A stretch of DNA of 64,000 nucleotides from Paramoeba atlantica (GCA_977017575.1 CDRNVI010000018.1:124001-188000); one strand, 5' to 3'; counted from the first letter of the stretch, positions 20,499 to 32,421 are shown. Notes: generated by a model not told the origin, from the sequence alone. Program-made: numbers and translations.

Positions 20499-22042
20499 GG
20501 TTGACGTAGCTGGGGACAGTTCGCCCGTATATGCCCAGGAGCACGACAGTTATAGCACAGTTGCTGCTGCCCTTGGCGACGATTTATACGTGTTTGCTTC
20601 AATTGCTCTTCGAGCATCGTTTTACCATAAACGTCTTCGGGGGTAGAGACCTGGTGGAGTCTTTGCTGTACGCGCTCTACCGGCGCACCCGCAGCAGCCC
20701 AGTAATGATTACGGAGTTCTTCAATCAAGCCAGTTGCAATTTCATAAAAATATCCTGTTGACCAGTCTTGCAGCTGACGAGCTGCGTAGATCCACTTTGT
20801 CAGAAGTTGGAACAGTCGTTCTCGCGCAGGCGGGGGATTAAAACGAACTCCTAACTCCGGGGTGTCCCGTAACTCGCGGATCAACTCACGCGGTTTAAAC
20901 TCATCTTCTGACTCCACCCAAGGGCCCCACGTCTTCGGAATCACCGGGGAAAAATCCTTGGGGTCCGACACCGGTACGCGCGCGACGGAAGTTACAGGGT
21001 TTTCCACATGCTCCCCCCCGGGCATCCTGGCCTGGACTTCAGTTAGGATGGGATGTATTAAGCTACAATCCTTCTAGGACACTATCTCCAACGATGCTTC
21101 TCAGTGTCTCGTATGTTACCTCTCTTTTCTTATCTATTTACATCAGCTCCCCAAAAATGACCCAATTTTCCCAAGTCACTCCTTTAAAGGAGAAACCCAA
21201 TCCGCTGCGGGTAAATGATGCCGCAGCTGTGTATAAATCGTATGCGCAGACAGTTTTTCAATAAGCAACTGAAATTGATTCAATGTTGTCTTTTTATCTA
21301 GCTTTGCCCGATCCGCAAGTATTTCAACTAAATTTTTCGTATTCTCATGCAATAAACCAAAATTCGAAGCTGGTATACACAAAAACTGAGTTTCTTTGAA
21401 CATACCTGTTTTCACATATCGATTATGTTTTCGCAATATAGACGCTTTAAACAACTCACCACTATGTACATGACGCAAAGTGGGGCTACACGAATGCACA
21501 ATCGTTAAATCGTAATACACTTCTCCTCGATCCGGCCACATAATCACAATGTCTGGGCCACTTCTTATAAGCTTTTCCTTTCTGCACGGATGCTTGTCGA
21601 TATGCGCTGGTGCCTGGACCTTCGCAAGTTCGATGGAGAAATAGTGTATGTCAGGAAACGGAAACCCGTACTCAACATCAGGCTCGTCGTCCCACCGGGC
21701 CTTCAACTCACTCCCCACCGGGTCTTCGGGATTGAGAAAATAAACTCGTCCCGTGACAGTGTGGCGCGCGTTGTCGTCCTTGTGTCCCCAAATAGCGCGA
21801 ATCCATACGCGGTGGCCCCGGGTAAGTAAAAAACGGACTTTTTGCGAAAAATCGGACTTTGCGGAATCACTAAGCGGGGTCGCTATATCCTCTCCTTGCA
21901 ATATACCCTCAACCTGGTCAGGGTTGAGAGTATGACGGGTCGCCCGAGGAGAACTGCGAGGAGACTCAGGAGGTACCGGATCAGGGCTGCGTGCACGTCC
22001 GAGTGATATCGCTCTAGAAACCGCGCTCACAATGCGTGACAT
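20417..22042 (-). pseudogene. Gag of B2, interrupted at 21038-21611
   Basis: N part 22042-21612 (MSRIVS...ELAKVQA), C part 21037-20417 (CYNCRAPGHIRANC). Confidence 0.88.
21038..21611 (-). mobile_element. 5'-truncated CRE-like 3' fragment, 8-bp TSD, no poly(A)
   Basis: SGPDIVIMW...YDLTIVH; GTCCAGGC duplicated at 21030-21037 and 21612-21619. Confidence 0.82.
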
Positions 22043-22256
22043 TCTTCGAAAACGTGTAAATAAACTTTGAAGAATAGCCTTCACACAACACAAAATCAAC
22101 AAACAGAACAATATTTCTACCAGAAACAATACATACATATTATCAATAATTTCACTTGAAATGTAATCATATAAAAGCTTAAAATACAGCGCGTACAATG
22201 CCCGCCGGCCACGTAAGTAAATAGCCCTCGCCTAAATTTCTTACCGTAAACTTTTA

Positions 22257-23925
22257 GTTTCTCTTCGTTCCTGTTTAGAAGGATCGAGCCACATACTTTC
22301 AATAGAGTCTCCCCAATTGCAATCGGTCGTATTCCGTTCTGCGGTTTGTTGATGGCCATTAGTCGACATCGTGTCAGTCTGTCACGCACCGACGATGCGA
22401 TCTCCCCGTTCACTACATCGCGTAACATATGGCAGAGCGCGGTGCTGGATTCCTCGTCATCCGCAAGTAGGCGCAACATGGCTTCACTCAATCCCGTAGG
22501 GCCCGGGGAAGCTCCCGGAGCCAGTTTCTCTATCGCGGCCCGAAGTTCGTGTTTTTCGATGATTCCTGTTCGGGGGTCTGCGTCCGTCTGAGCTTGTGGG
22601 CGCTCTCCATCGGGATGTAGACTCTTGAGCTTCGCTACTTTCTCCTCAACGCTAAGGTTCGAGTCAAAATATACGTTGTCGAGGATACGCGTAGCTTTGC
22701 TTAGGTTACCAGCCCTAGCCGTTCGAAGCGCACTGCGGATTGATCGGCGGTCGACTTCACGTTCAAGTTTTTCGTCAGGTGAGGAGAACGCCGGATCCTC
22801 GTTGCGCAATTTGTTTGGCACATGATACTTCCGCTGGATCGCTTGTCGCACAGTGGTAAGTGAGTCGCGGGGTGCGTTTAGAAACTTGTGTCAGACGGAT
22901 GTTTTCTCTGTTATAAGCTTGAGCGTGGGATATCCTCGCAAGATTGATCTAAAGATTGCTATGACGTGAGCGGCAAACGTGGGGTCGATGTGGGCGAGTG
23001 GGGGAAGAGGCTCCAAGTCGCATCCCGTGTCACAATCTTGTGTTTCTTCGATATCCAAAAATGGCGTTTGTGTCACAATACGGTTGAGCTTTACCACCCG
23101 TAATCGGAAGATGTTAATCTTGTGAGATGCAGGTAGATATAGAAATCCTGATGGACCTGGCTGATGCTGCGGCGTGTAGGAAATCTTTACCCTGATTGCA
23201 CCTTTTCTAGAATGTCGCGTAACGACTTCTCCAATCGACTGATAAATCTCACTGCTGTGGCGGAATTTCCAATGTAGCTGGCAAGTAGTTCCTTTTCCCC
23301 AGTCGTTGATTATCTTTAGTATTTGATCCGGAGCTTTCATTGTTTCTTCGGCGACCTCGGCCACCCGATCGTCCTCCGAGATGTCTGATCCTGATGCAGA
23401 TGAGTTCTCCGATCCTTCGTCATGTGACATGTCCGCTTGTCCGAGGTTCGCCTTCGTTAGATCAGAGCTACGGAGTATCACTTTTGCCTTTTTCGGAGTT
23501 TTCTTCAGTCGTGTCTCTTTTCTGATCTTAATTTTCAAGGATGACTCTCCAGTTTGACTTCTTCGTAGAATTTCATTTCTCCGAACACTGGCAAAAGCGG
23601 TTTCCTCGTCTTTCGTGTTGTGGCGGCCGTGGTCTGACGTTGGGTTTTTCTCGATGCTTTGCGCTTTGTGTTCCATCTTCTTTTGCCAGTTGAGGGGAAT
23701 ATGCTGTGGAATGGGGGTTGTGTACATGAGGTCGTCGTACGTGCTAGCGTCTTGGATGAGTTTCTTGTTTGCCTCAAACTGGTCCCATGATCCAATCTCG
23801 TGTCTATTCGCTTGTTCCGTAAAGTTCAGGTTGTGCTCCTTTACGCCAGTGGACCTCACTGCTGCAGTGTTCTGCTGCTGATGCGACGGCGTGCCTTGCG
23901 CCGCCCTCGGGGGAGGTTCTGACAT
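22257..23925 (-). pseudogene. CRE-1 N-terminal ORF half (LsmAD-like motif, beta-rich domain, start of RT) with one TGA at 22891
   Basis: WDQFEAN..L....STYDDLMYTT; PGPTGLSE, RPIAIGETLLK; the TGA sits where the paralogue has W (AIWHKFLNAPRD). Confidence 0.85.
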
Positions 23926-23954
23926 AAAAGAAAGAAAAGCAAAGTAGTAAAAAT

Positions 23955-23969
23955 CAACAAGGTACAGAA
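23955..23969 (-). other. SL relic, 3' 15 nt
   Basis: TTCTGTACCTTGTTG, 29 nt upstream of the CRE-1 ATG. Confidence 0.85.
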
Positions 23970-23971
23970 GA

Positions 23972-24882
23972 ATGAGTTCACGTGGCTTGAACAAATCATC
24001 CGTGTCGATCCACGGTTGCCAAGTAACCGGATCGTAGGGGGAGAAGCCTTTCGGGTCCGTAATACGGACGCGTTCAAACGTGGGGATCAGATCTTCAACT
24101 GGTTTCCCACCCGGCATCTGCGCCCGAACATGGGCCAGTTCCAAAGAGTGGTAGTTGATCTCGGGATGGGGAAAACGATAGGCAGTGTTCTTGTCCCCAT
24201 CCCACTCGGCGAACAACTCAGTTGAGTTAGGGTCCTTAGGATGCGTCATATGCACCAACCCTATAACCGTCTGCCGTAGGCCGTCACGGGGAAGGGACCA
24301 TACAGCCTCGACGGTGACCTCTTAGTCCTTGCGCAGAAGCTCAATCACTTTCGTGATGAACTCTTCTTTGCTGGATTGTGTCATGATCCCACGCGCATCA
24401 CAGCGTGAACGCTGAGGCAACTCGACGTGGTCAATGTCAAGGGCCTCGTAACGGCGCGGCGAGCGAGAAGCCTCAACCTGGTCGGGGTTAAGGGTTCCTC
24501 TTCGTCGCATATGGGGCTCGGGAGCCTCCAGCGGAAAAGGGTATGGGCTAGGGAGGGAGCTCGCAGGCAAACTGGGAAGGTTGGAAGGGAGAGGGCTAGG
24601 CGGTTCGCGGGCGGGGCTGAGTGCTCTTCCTGAAGGGCGTACCTTTCGGCGCGCTGGGACAGGAGTAGGGGGAATCGGAGGAGGTCGCGCGGATACCTGC
24701 GGAGCCGGCTGCGTGGGGAGAGGGGGGAGAGGGGGGCGCACGGGAGGGCACGAAAGGGACTGACGCTTAGAATGGTCTTGGACGGAGGAGGTCTGAATGG
24801 GTGTCGGCGCCCTATTCCGCTTCGGTGATCTATCGCGCTCCTGGCGTGGCTCCGACGGAGCCCGTAAACGTTGGGATCTCAT
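23972..24882 (-). pseudogene. Gag N-terminal part of A1 with premature TAA at 24322
   Basis: LLRKD*EVT versus LLRKDYEVT in the copies at about 6030 and 36907. Confidence 0.88.
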
Positions 24883-26002
24883 ACACAAAACTTTAAACGT
24901 AACAAAATAACAACCTAACAAGAATATAACAAACGAGTAAACACCCCCCTCCATGCAATTAGAGAATACTACATCATAATTTGAGAAAATTATGTGCCCC
25001 GAAGGGCCAGCAGGCAAATATATAGCCGCCCCTCGACTAAATTTCAAAACGTGAACTATTAATTTACGAAATCAATCAATCAACAGTCACATTCTCAATG
25101 ATAAGTAAAACTATACGTAATAAGCTCTCGCCTGAATTTCTTACCGAATTGCTCATCAGAATATAATTTTAATAAACAAATAATCAATTTGTAATCACTA
25201 AATATAATTTAAATACGAGGCACCCAAATACCTGTGTTTTGAACGTTACTATAAATAAAATTATTTGATGAATATAGTACTAAAGGACGTCCTTATAAAA
25301 ACAATCTTCACCTCTCTCTCTCTTGCGAGTGGGTAGTTCCCCGGCGGGGAGTGGTTCGGGGGATGGCGGGTGGGGCAACTTTCCTTTTGCGAAATTAGAG
25401 AAAAGCTACTAGTGTAATAATAAAGTATAGTATTGTATAATTGATAATCTACAAATATACATGGTTCCCCCCAGAGGGGGCAATGTCACACTGAAATCAG
25501 ATCATAATATTAAATATCATGTGCCCCGTAGGGCCACGGTCAGATCTCATACAGAATCAAAAGTATCTTCTTTGATCAATTCTTTCCGTAAACTATAAGA
25601 ATTGCTCATCAGAATATAATTTTAATAAACAAATAATCAATTTGTAATCACTAAATATAATTTAAATACGAGGCACCCAAATACCTGTGTTTTGAACGTT
25701 ACTATAAATAAAATTATTTGATGAATATAGTACTAAAGGACGTCCTTATAAAAACAATCTTCACCTCTCTCTCTCTTGCGAGTGGGTAGTTCCCCGGCGG
25801 GGACCACCCACTCGCCAGTTCTCACACTCACCCACACGCTAGTAATGAAACCCCCAGGCGAAACCCCCAGGTCGCCTACTACCTGAGAGCCCCCCTCATC
25901 ACCTCGTACTCTCACTCACACATTGCCCAATCCTCACATCAACATACATCCCATACATATCAAAATCGCTCGAATATCCGTTCTTCCTGGTTATTGATTG
26001 TA

Positions 26003-28826
26003 TCAATGCTTTTTCTCTTCACACATTCTGCTATATGGATCTGCAGGATTTTCTTTTGATGCAATATATTCTGCCTGTACTGCAATTCCTTGACGCTTCA
26101 AATATTTCAACAAACCATACAACTCCGAAGTAATGCCATCAGATCCTGACACTTTCCTATTGATCGCTGCTAAACAGGATGTATTGTCAACAAATAAATC
26201 TACGCATGTATCTCGCTGAAAGTGATGCCCGTACTTCTCAAACGCCAAACGTACTGCCCGAGCTTCGGCCCGATTCACTTCGTACTTGAAACCCTCCGGC
26301 CAGGAGGCTCCGGTACATAAAACTTTCCCATAGTCGAGGTAAAGCACCGCCCCCCACCCGGTGGACGACGCATCGGTAAATAGAACGTGCTGATGTGGTA
26401 CTGTATCAGGATGTCGGACCGGGTCCACTGGAGAACAATAGATCAAGGAATCGCGCCACTCGGTCAACTTCACTCGCACTCGTAATGGTAAAGGCACGAC
26501 AGTATCCAATAGACAAGGATCGCGATTTAAATGATTGATTCGTCGTCGGACAATTTTCAAGAATAGATGATATTGGGGAATCGGTATGCCCATGATTGCC
26601 GAAGCAAAAATGAGCCTCCCAACACCGGCCTCGAGCCCAGAGTATGTGGTATGCATGTAGTTATCATTCTGAAGTCTTCGCGTTATCTTGGGTCCCAATG
26701 CAACTTTCCCTGATCGGTGGTGATAATTGACTCCATTGAATGTGTAGTTCTGCAAAGGTGGCACCCCAACCTCCTTAAAACGGGCGTTAACGTGCTGCGC
26801 CCGTCGATCTATAAACGCGGCATATTCCTGTGTATTTTTGTCACTAGAAGCGTAACGAATGCCGTCGATATACACATCCAGACCATTGTGGGCAAACGCC
26901 GATTTCTTATTACAGTAAGCTGGATCTCCCGCTATTGTCGCGGTTAACGAGTGCATCAACTCAGGGGCACACCGGTGTCCCATCGGCATCACATTCATTT
27001 CATATACTTGCCCACTGCGGTCCAAAAATCTGAACTTCGCCCTACTTTCGGATGGAATCGCGACCTGAAAAAAAACCGCATGCCAGATCACGCTTTACCG
27101 CCGAGTCCTGTCGGGCTCGATGGAGATAATAGGCTGCATGTTTTACCGGTACTTGTGGCTCATAAACCTCCTTAATCCGCGCGTTGTCATCCCGGGTCCA
27201 TGCTATAAACCGCCGGCGTTCTGTCTCGTCGTCAGCAGGCTCGACAACCGTGAATGGTATCACCCATTCCATCGTTGGGCGACGCTGTGCTTCCTCTGTG
27301 TTGACGTGTGACACAAATCCTGCGTCCACCAGCTGGGTTATATCCTTGTCGTGCAATAATGATTTACACGCCGGTGTTTTACTCGGAGTGTTTGGTAACC
27401 GAGTTAAAATTTTCCATGTCTCCTCGAAGCGCTCACGTGCTTTTTGGTTCATTAACAGTTTAAGTCGCTCGACCTCCATCTGTGGAATATTTAGCTTCAC
27501 ATGCAAGGGCAACTTCCAATCCCCCTCCTGTGCCACCTTAGAGGTCCTCCTCGATCTCGTTATTGTGTGCTTTACCTTCTCGTGCGGTATATCTTCCAAA
27601 AACTTGCTAAAAATAACCTCGGGGCTCACAGTATCTGTAGTTTTGACGTGGCCTTCTGGGTACCAAGCGCCAAGGCGGTAGTGACTGGGTCCGCATTGTA
27701 CCGCAGGAGGGACTCCAGGGATTGGTGCTTTGCGAGATGTTGCACCTCGTCGAGTCGGATTGTCCCGTTGGCTACCTCTGTGAAAAGGTGTGTGATTGCG
27801 CCCCTCTTCGCCGAATGCGTGCCGTACCCCGCCCCTAACCGCTCTCGAACGCGGGCGTCGACCTCCGTCACCGTTGATCTGGACATTGGCTGGTGCTGTC
27901 CCAACTGACTGATGTACGCGTGAAGGGTAGCGGTTCCGGGGCCCTCGATCACCGTGTACATGGAGGGTCGGTATGGGTTGAACCTGGAAGTCTTTGTTTT
28001 TCTCCCCCACCAAATCACTATTCTTAACGGCGTTAATTCGCGAAATTGTTCCTTCGTCAAACTTGCAGTCTCGGTCCACCGGCTGGCTGCTTTCCAACAA
28101 AGCATCAAGGTATGTCTTTCGCTGCATGGGAGATGGTGCCATAACTGGTTCAGTAACGTGGGTGTCAAAGGAGCCATCTGGCGTACTGGCTCCGTGGCCC
28201 CTTCTGCCATCAGTGATTTTACATAAAATTTTAGAGGATTCGTTTCCAGGCCTGCGAGGCTTAATATAGAAGCGAGGCTGCGTGCGTACGTGAGCTTGCC
28301 CTGTACTCTGATGTTCATCGTCGCCACAAAAGTTACTGCATGTATCGCGGTAATTTCGATTGCCTTCCAATTGCAAAAGGCGGTTAGTCTTTCCCACAAC
28401 CTCGCCCTGCTTTTCCAGGTTGCGTTGCTCCACATCTCGGACATCCCATCTAGTGCTACACGGACCTCTTCCGTCACGTGAGTAATTCCCATTAATAACT
28501 TCATCAACTTCATCCTTACTGGCGTAGTATCCACACTTAACATTCCTCCGTACAAACTCCCAGATCTTATCAATCTCCCTTTCAAGTCGCCTGCACTTGG
28601 TACATTCACCGTCTGCTTTTCCGTTTGTAACCTTCCCTCCATCCTCCTTTTCTTTGCAACTTGCATATTCGACACACTTTTCCCCTTGAATATAATAACA
28701 CTGGCCGTTAGGGTGGGGCTTTTTCATAAGCTCTTGCTGCTCCCGGCAGGGCCAGCCACCCGCGAACGAAAATCCCGCTTTGGACAGTTTTTCCATACAT
28801 GATCGGGTGAACGGCACCCAAAACAC
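26003..28826 (-). pseudogene. Pol of family C with one frameshift in an A8 run (27068-27075)
   Basis: KRDLACGFF|QVAIP broken by one extra base; YIDGI, LFTDAS, FVDNTS, NPADPYSR. A homopolymer sequencing error is possible. Confidence 0.85.
27626..28723 (-). CDS. Tyrosine recombinase of family C (track 27626-28675)
   Basis: ASRWTE, HSAKRGA, KHQSLESLLRY. Confidence 0.9.
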   Translation of the reverse strand, partial: KSPTLTASVIIFKGKSVSNMQVAKKRRMEGRLQTEKQTVNVPSAGDLKGRLIRSGSLYGGMLSVDTTPVRMKLMKLLMGITHVTEEVRVALDGMSEMWSNATWKSRARLWERLTAFCNWKAIEITAIHAVTFVATMNIRVQGKLTYARSLASILSLAGLETNPLKFYVKSLMAEGATEPVRQMAPLTPTLLNQLWHHLPCSERHTLMLCWKAASRWTETASLTKEQFRELTPLRIVIWWGRKTKTSRFNPYRPSMYTVIEGPGTATLHAYISQLGQHQPMSRSTVTEVDARVRERLGAGYGTHSAKRGAITHLFTEVANGTIRLDEVQHLAKHQSLESLLRYNADPVTTALALGTQKATSKLQIL

Positions 28827-29938
28827 AGCATTCCCGGTCTTCGGTATGGCGCAGGCGCGCGAGCTGGTGTGACGTGCGGAGTAAAATAACGCTGCGATCC
28901 TTGAGGTACATACGTGGCGTATGCTCGAGATAAACGTTTTTCTCTTTCCGCCAGCTGATCACTCACGTGGTGGTAAAATTTATCGTTGGGACGCACGTCT
29001 TTTTGCATTTTCTCATGTACTAGCTCCACGTCCACGCGACGCGCACGCCAGTACGCGTCACGTAGCGATTGGATAATTGCTCGGCCCATCTCAAGAAAAG
29101 TACCCTGGTTCCACCCGGGCGTTTGTCGAGCCAGAATAATCCACTTGCAGAAAATTCCATTAAAATTACGTTCTTGCTGTTTTGCGAAAGTACGATCTTG
29201 GAAGTACTGGTTAACTCGTAATCCAAACTCAGGTGCATCACGCAGTTCACGTATTAAATCCCTCGTTCGAAACCCACCCTCATCGAGAGACATAATCCAC
29301 GGCTCAAATGTAATGGGCTCATAGGGATCCAGGGCGTTCGGGTCGAGAACCAACGGGGATGCATCTGTCGAAAATATCACTTCCGCAGGTTCCTCATTAA
29401 CACGAGTTTCATCGAGTGCGTTCATTTGCCGTACAGGTCGGCGCCCTTGTGTCGGTAACATCGCGGAGGGTACAGTTGGTTGAGTTCCTGGCGTGGTCGA
29501 AGGTTGTGTCGGATCTCCTGCTGTCTGTGGCCCCCCCTGGGCTGTCCCTCCCCTCGTCTCGGTCTGTGGAACCTCCCCTGGAAAATGGTGGATTTTTACC
29601 TGATAATAATTCAGTTCCGCATGAGGAAAAGGATACTCTTTCGTGGGTTCATCTTCCCACACGGCCCATAACTCCAAACCTTCCTGACGAACTTTTCCGT
29701 ACACTGCTTTTATTGATTCATTGGGCTCGTCCTTGCGGCGGAAAAAAGCTTGCACTGACACCGCCGGCTTGTCGGGCGGTGCCAAAAGAAGTCTCTCCCG
29801 GATCACTGCACATACATTGGTCAGATCGTGCGTCGTAAGCGGCTCGGTAGGCGCGAGCGGCTCCGTCACAGGAGAGGAACGTCGGGAGCTCCGTAAGCTC
29901 CGCGTCGAAGGATTCATAGTTGCGAGTTCTGATCGCAA
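28724..29938 (-). CDS. Gag of family C
   Basis: CFGCRSPDHVWKNC; RDLIRELRDAPEFG homologous to the other gags. Confidence 0.9.
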   Translation of the reverse strand: MRSELATMNPSTRSLRSSRRSSPVTEPLAPTEPLTTHDLTNVCAVIRERLLLAPPDKPAVSVQAFFRRKDEPNESIKAVYGKVRQEGLELWAVWEDEPTKEYPFPHAELNYYQVKIHHFPGEVPQTETRGGTAQGGPQTAGDPTQPSTTPGTQPTVPSAMLPTQGRRPVRQMNALDETRVNEEPAEVIFSTDASPLVLDPNALDPYEPITFEPWIMSLDEGGFRTRDLIRELRDAPEFGLRVNQYFQDRTFAKQQERNFNGIFCKWIILARQTPGWNQGTFLEMGRAIIQSLRDAYWRARRVDVELVHEKMQKDVRPNDKFYHHVSDQLAEREKRLSRAYATYVPQGSQRYFTPHVTPARAPAPYRRPGMLCFGCRSPDHVWKNCPKRDFRSRVAGPAGSSKSL

Positions 29939-30169
29939 CTTTCCTTTTGCGAAATTAGAGAAAAGCTACTAGTGTAATAATAAAGTATAGTATTGTATAA
30001 TTGATAATCTACAAATATACATGGTTCCCCCCAGAGGGGGCAATGTCACACTGAAATCAGATCATAATATTAAATATCATGTGCCCCGTAGGGCCACGGT
30101 CAGATCTCATACAGAATCAAAAGTATCTTCTTTGATCAATTCTTTCCGTAAACTATAAGTAAACTATTA

Positions 30170-30550
30170 TTATTATTTTTTTAAACGTTGTCTTAATAAT
30201 TGTATGATATAAACTGCGAATCCTCTTCAAACAATTCTTTTCGTAAACTATGAGACTTCCTTCCACGGATTCTCACTGCATATTCCATCAAAAAGCGCAA
30301 ATATCGTCCCCATGGCTTTGGCTCAGGTACTTTCTGAGCTGGCCTAGGAGAATGTTTCCATTCATCTCCTGCAAGAGAAGTATGAAATCGTTTTCCACCT
30401 TGCTGGGCTCAATAGAAATCTTTTCCGCCAGAAGCCGTAGCAGCTCCCGAGTTCGGGCGTGCAACGAGCCACTTGACAGCACCGGTAAACAGGCGAATTG
30501 CTCCTCGGCGAACATATTCGATGAGACGTATTTGGTGTTTTTCCGCGCGA
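30170..30550 (-). mobile_element. 5'-truncated CRE-like 3' end, probable host of B1
   Basis: MFAEEQF...SQSHGDDICAF; its UTR appears to continue across B1 into the T-tract near 1237-1253. Confidence 0.7.
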
Positions 30551-31759
30551 ATCTAAAATCAATAATAAAACAAGTAAATACTATTTGAAGTTGTTTATCC
30601 TTCGTTGCTGAGCTTTTTGAGTCTAACTTTTCATCACTTACTACTATTAGACTTTCCCTCCAGAAGTTGGAGCCATTTTTTTTTACTATAGTGTAATCCT
30701 TTCAGGTCAGGGCATCCGGCTTACGTTGTATGTCGGAAAACGTTGTCTTAATAATTGTATGATATAAACTGCGAATCCTCTTCAAACAATTCTTTTCGTA
30801 AACTATGAGACTTCCTACCACGGATTCTCACTGCATATTCCATCAAAAAGCGCAAATATCGTCCCCATGGCTTTGGCTCAGGTACTTTCTGAGCTGGCCT
30901 AGGAGAATGTTTCCATTCGAAATCCACGCCGAGGGGGCTCCATGAAACATATAAGTAACAAACAAATATAAGCAAATACCTATGACTAATATAATCACAC
31001 TTCCAAATCGTCCCAAAATCAAAGAACACATAATACGATATATAGATAGAATTCACATGCACAAACATAGTTCAAAAGAAAGCCTGCATAAAACAAATAA
31101 TCATGTGTCACGTTGTTAACGGGATTCCCCCCCACCGGAACCCTCGGCCAAATGGCTGGGGGCTTGGTGGGTGGGCACAAAAACTTAAAGCGAAGTAAAT
31201 AACAACCTAACAAGGATATATAAGATAATAGTAAATACCCAGCCCATGTAAAATTCGGAATACAAATCATAATTCGAAGAAACTATGTGCCCCTAAGGGC
31301 CAGCAGGCAAATACATAACAGCCCCTCGGCTAAATTTCAAAACGTGGACTATTAGAAATCCACGCCGAGGGGGCTCCATGAAACATATAAGTAACAAACA
31401 AATATAAGCAAATACCTATGACTAATATAATCACACTTCCAAATCGTCCCAAAATCAAAGAACACATAATACGATATATAGATAGAATTCACATGCACAA
31501 ACATAGTTCAAAAGAAAGCCTGCATAAAACAAATAATCATGTGTCACGTTGTTAACGGGATTCCCCCCCACCGGAACCCTCGGCCAACCTGCCCACACAC
31601 ACGTCACACAATCAATATAAATAACAAAGAAATGCCCAATCACATAGTAAAATAATTTTTCATATACCATCCCAGAACTCACAAAAGGATAACGATAGCA
31701 ATAGATGACCAGTCCACTGCCACGCCCTTTGTTTTCTTTTTTCTTTGTTTTTTGTCTTT

Positions 31760-32421
31760 GTTTTTTTTTTTTTTTTTTTTTTTTTTTGCAAATAATTGGG
31801 GGGAATAGTATTGAGTCTAACTTTTTATGTATGGAGTCCAACTTTTCCACAATTTCCACACTTACGGCCCTTCACTTTCCCTTACTCCCCATACTTTCCA
31901 CACCTACTCCTCTTAGCCCTCTCGTACTTCCCTTCCCTCACTCCCTACCCCACTCACCGATCCGCATGCACCCAGGCCCGTATGGTCCTGCACCTCCGCT
32001 CCCACCCCGTTAGCAGTAATAAATACTTTTGGTTGCCGTACGAGGGTGGGAGACGTGGAGGCCACGAAACACAAAGACGTCGTCACGCCGAGGGAGAAGA
32101 GCGCGGAGAGAGACACGGGGCGACTGACGCAAGGGCGAGAGGAGGCGAAGCACGGGACCATCTGCCAGGAACTCTGCCCCCACCCCGTGAGCAAGTATTG
32201 TATACTTTTGGCTGCTGACACGGGGGTGGTGGACGCGAGAGAGAAACACAACAGGGGGGCAAGCGCACTGCGGAGGGAGGGTGAGGTGGGGGGATGCGGC
32301 GCAGGGGGGTGATGGGACGAGACGGGGAAGGGGGATGCCGACAAAAAGGAGTGTATTTGAGGGGGGTGCCCTCCCATGGTCTGGAAGATGGTGTATGGAA
32401 GAAAAGGGGAAATAATTCAAC

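Larger units (their letters stand above)
17210..22256 (-). mobile_element. VIPER-like family B copy 2 inside the CRE-1 RT
   Basis: Ends TAAAAGTTTACGG...CCGTGGATTTC; target gagaaac^tgaaga, no TSD. Confidence 0.9.
13363..23971 (-). mobile_element. CRE-1: SL-initiated, 5'-complete CRE-like element carrying nested inserts
   Basis: SL fragment 23955-23969; ORF pieces 23925-22891, 22890-22257, 17209-16332, 16251-15409; TSD ATGAGT at 13357-13362 and 23972-23977. Confidence 0.85.
7319..25061 (-). mobile_element. VIPER-like family A copy 1 with split direct repeats
   Basis: B2 7319-7536, A2 7561-7738, B1 7739-7956, A1 about 24884-25061; target ctaatga|atttacg in the B1 5' region, no TSD. Confidence 0.9.
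25146..30158 (-). mobile_element. VIPER-like family C element with complete split direct repeats
   Basis: B2 25146-25350, A2 25375-25598, B1 25599-25803, A1 29935-30158; junction GAGCAATTC|TTATAGTTTACG; sits 11 bp inside the B1 left end. Confidence 0.9.
1254..30169 (-). mobile_element. VIPER-like YR retrotransposon B1, outer shell of the nest (own sequence 1254-5068, 6769-7318, 25062-25145, 30159-30169)
   Basis: Right end GAAATCC at 1254. The left end rebuilds as atttcttacc|gtaaactatta once family C is removed and matches the B2 left end. Gag rejoins in frame (IDYYS|LAIAK) once 5069-6768 is removed. Confidence 0.8.

Noticed and set aside
22891-22893. Reassigned genetic code (TGA=Trp, TAA sense)
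   Set aside because: Only isolated cases; many 800-1266 aa ORFs use TGG and contain no internal stops, and the gag TAA replaces Tyr.
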